Assembly (NCBI GenBank): GCA_035561295.1
Contig: DATMXW010000029.1
Span: forward strand, 12,669-36,668
DNA: 24,000 nucleotides
Direction of reading: 5' to 3'
From: Methanospirillum sp.
GTDB lineage: Archaea > Halobacteriota > Methanomicrobia > Methanomicrobiales > Methanospirillaceae
Shown here: one piece after another, positions 22,753 to 24,000 of the stretch
Layout: each line of letters starts with the position of its first letter
Numbering within the stretch: the stretch's first letter is position 1
Made by a program: the position numbers and the translations under genes
The notes under the pieces: model-generated
What the model was told of the DNA's origin: nothing
The model's database searches: none
What the model saw: only the letters and a program-made list of their open reading frames with translations

Positions 22753-24000
22753 ATGATACATAGACATTTAACACAACTATTATTGCAGATACTGGTAATA
22801 TCTCTGATAACCGCTCTTATGATCTCCCCGGCTCTCGCCGGGTGTGGCCCGTCAAAAGGACTATTCTCTGGATCCCAGCTAACCTCAACCCTGGTTAGTC
22901 CTACCGGGACTCTCAGTGAAACACCACAATATGCCCAGAATGTAACTTCGGTAAAAACTGGACAGAACGATGATGACTGGGTTGCAATTGGCAACAGTCA
23001 GGTACAATCAGGATCTTACCAGGAAGCGATAACGGCGTATGACAAAGCAATTGAGAGTGACAGCAAAAACGCAGCTGCCTGGAATGGAAAGATGTCCGCC
23101 CTCTTGTTCCAGGATAAGTACACTGAGGTAATGGAACTCTTTTCTGATGCAGAAAAAGTTATTCCCAACAATCCGGGGATATGGATCAACAAGGGAAGAG
23201 CCGAGTATTATGCAGGCAATATGTCAGATGCAATTCAATCTGCTGATACTGCGCTCAGACTAGAGAAGGACAATATCGACGCAATGGTTCTCAAAGCCAA
23301 TGGCCTGGTTGATAGCGGGAAGAATGAAGAGGCACAAGCTCTGACTGACCGTGTGCTTGAATTAGATCCCCAAAACCAGGAGATCTGGTACGTTCAGGGT
23401 ACGATCCAGTTCCTGAATAAAGAGTACGCAAAAGCAATTGAGTCAATGGAGAAAGATCTGAAGCAGAATCCAGATAGGATATGCTCGTACTTCTACCTCT
23501 CCATGAGTCATAAAGAGATATCAGGATCTGAAGCGGTCATTGAGGTCCTTGACCGGATGACCAAGCATTTCCCTACCGATAACCGATATGCAAATGCTGA
23601 AGTGGGAGATTTACTCATCCAATTAGTGAAGAAAACTCCCGGTACATATCTTCATGACACCGTCCCACTCTGGGAGTGGTACTTTTCATATAATGATCAA
23701 GGAGACGAGGCATATTACCAGCAATATCTAGGAGATAGATGGAGTACTGTTAAGTTCGCTCTAGAGGATTATATATTAGGGAGGAAGGGAAGTTTTGATG
23801 ATATTGAGACGATCATAAAGCCTCTTCAGAAAAAAGCAGAGCCCCTTACCAACCCAGAGACCGATGTTATTATCGATATATATCACGAATTTGCAAATGT
23901 CGCATGGAGGAGTGGTCGATATTTCGAATCAGTCAAATCGGCTGATAACTTCATTAATTTAACCTCTGAGGAGAATAGATTATACCCAAATGTCTTTTGG
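22753..24000 (+). CDS. TPR repeat protein with lipobox-like signal peptide (putative lipoprotein), paralog 2; 3' end lies outside the window
   Basis: It is absent from the ORF track because no stop is reached. Frame 1 is open from the ATG at 22753 to nt 24000 (416 codons). A GGAG lies 8 nt upstream. N-terminus MIHRHLTQLLLQILVISLITALMISPALAG|CGPSKGLFSG (Cys31, TGT 22843-22845). It is collinear with 17777-19516 (GSYQEAITAYDKAIESDSKNAAAWNGKMSALL..., NPDRICSYF, VPLWEWYF). Confidence 0.85.
   Translation, partial: MIHRHLTQLLLQILVISLITALMISPALAGCGPSKGLFSGSQLTSTLVSPTGTLSETPQYAQNVTSVKTGQNDDDWVAIGNSQVQSGSYQEAITAYDKAIESDSKNAAAWNGKMSALLFQDKYTEVMELFSDAEKVIPNNPGIWINKGRAEYYAGNMSDAIQSADTALRLEKDNIDAMVLKANGLVDSGKNEEAQALTDRVLELDPQNQEIWYVQGTIQFLNKEYAKAIESMEKDLKQNPDRICSYFYLSMSHKEISGSEAVIEVLDRMTKHFPTDNRYANAEVGDLLIQLVKKTPGTYLHDTVPLWEWYFSYNDQGDEAYYQQYLGDRWSTVKFALEDYILGRKGSFDDIETIIKPLQKKAEPLTNPETDVIIDIYHEFANVAWRSGRYFESVKSADNFINLTSEENRLYPNVFW

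Noticed and set aside
22261-22994. Minus-strand ORFs 22261-22767 and 22707-22994
   Set aside because: They are antisense to the C11-C 3' end and to the clearly homologous TPR lipoprotein paralog 2 (plus strand, open to the window end). Their translations have no recognisable features.

Overview
Archaeal chromosomal segment. It looks methanogen-like: TATA-type promoters, oligo-T terminators and hgcAB in a moderately AT-rich background suggest Methanomicrobiales, possibly Methanospirillum, but that is inference only. I saw no rRNA, tRNA, CRISPR array, transposase or integrase.

Layout, left to right:
(1) 3' end of a NitT/TauT-type ABC importer operon: binding-protein fragment, permease, ATPase.
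(2) Three paralogous small secreted beta-rich proteins on the minus strand beside a CDF metal-efflux gene. The two newest copies sit in a ~0.9 kb tandem segmental duplication that also copied, and then frameshifted, the CDF 3' end.
(3) A membrane sensor with a CHASE4-like ectodomain, a PAS domain and a degenerate H-box, and no ATPase domain.
(4) Two secreted TPR proteins and a DUF1622-like membrane protein.
(5) A tightly coupled three-gene unit: a Cys-rich AbrB/SpoVT-like protein, then hgcA, then hgcB (mercury methylation), with ATGA start/stop overlaps at both junctions. A 12-TM internally duplicated DUF1211/TMEM175-like membrane protein follows.
(6) A ~11 kb accessory-looking cluster of exported proteins. 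It holds a secreted protein with a Lys-rich linker and a 45-aa W/Y/C-rich acidic C-terminal tail, three paralogous ~640-aa clostripain-like (C11) cysteine peptidases, and two paralogous TPR proteins sharing a lipobox-like N-terminus (LAGCGPSKGLFSG). A DUF3782/PD-(D/E)XK-like gene carrying a 21-bp in-frame tandem repeat interrupts it.

Best candidates for something undescribed: the tail-protein / C11 / TPR-lipoprotein cluster, and the AbrB-like gene (plus the TMEM175-like gene) attached to hgcAB. All family assignments come from motif recognition by eye, and none has been checked against a database.
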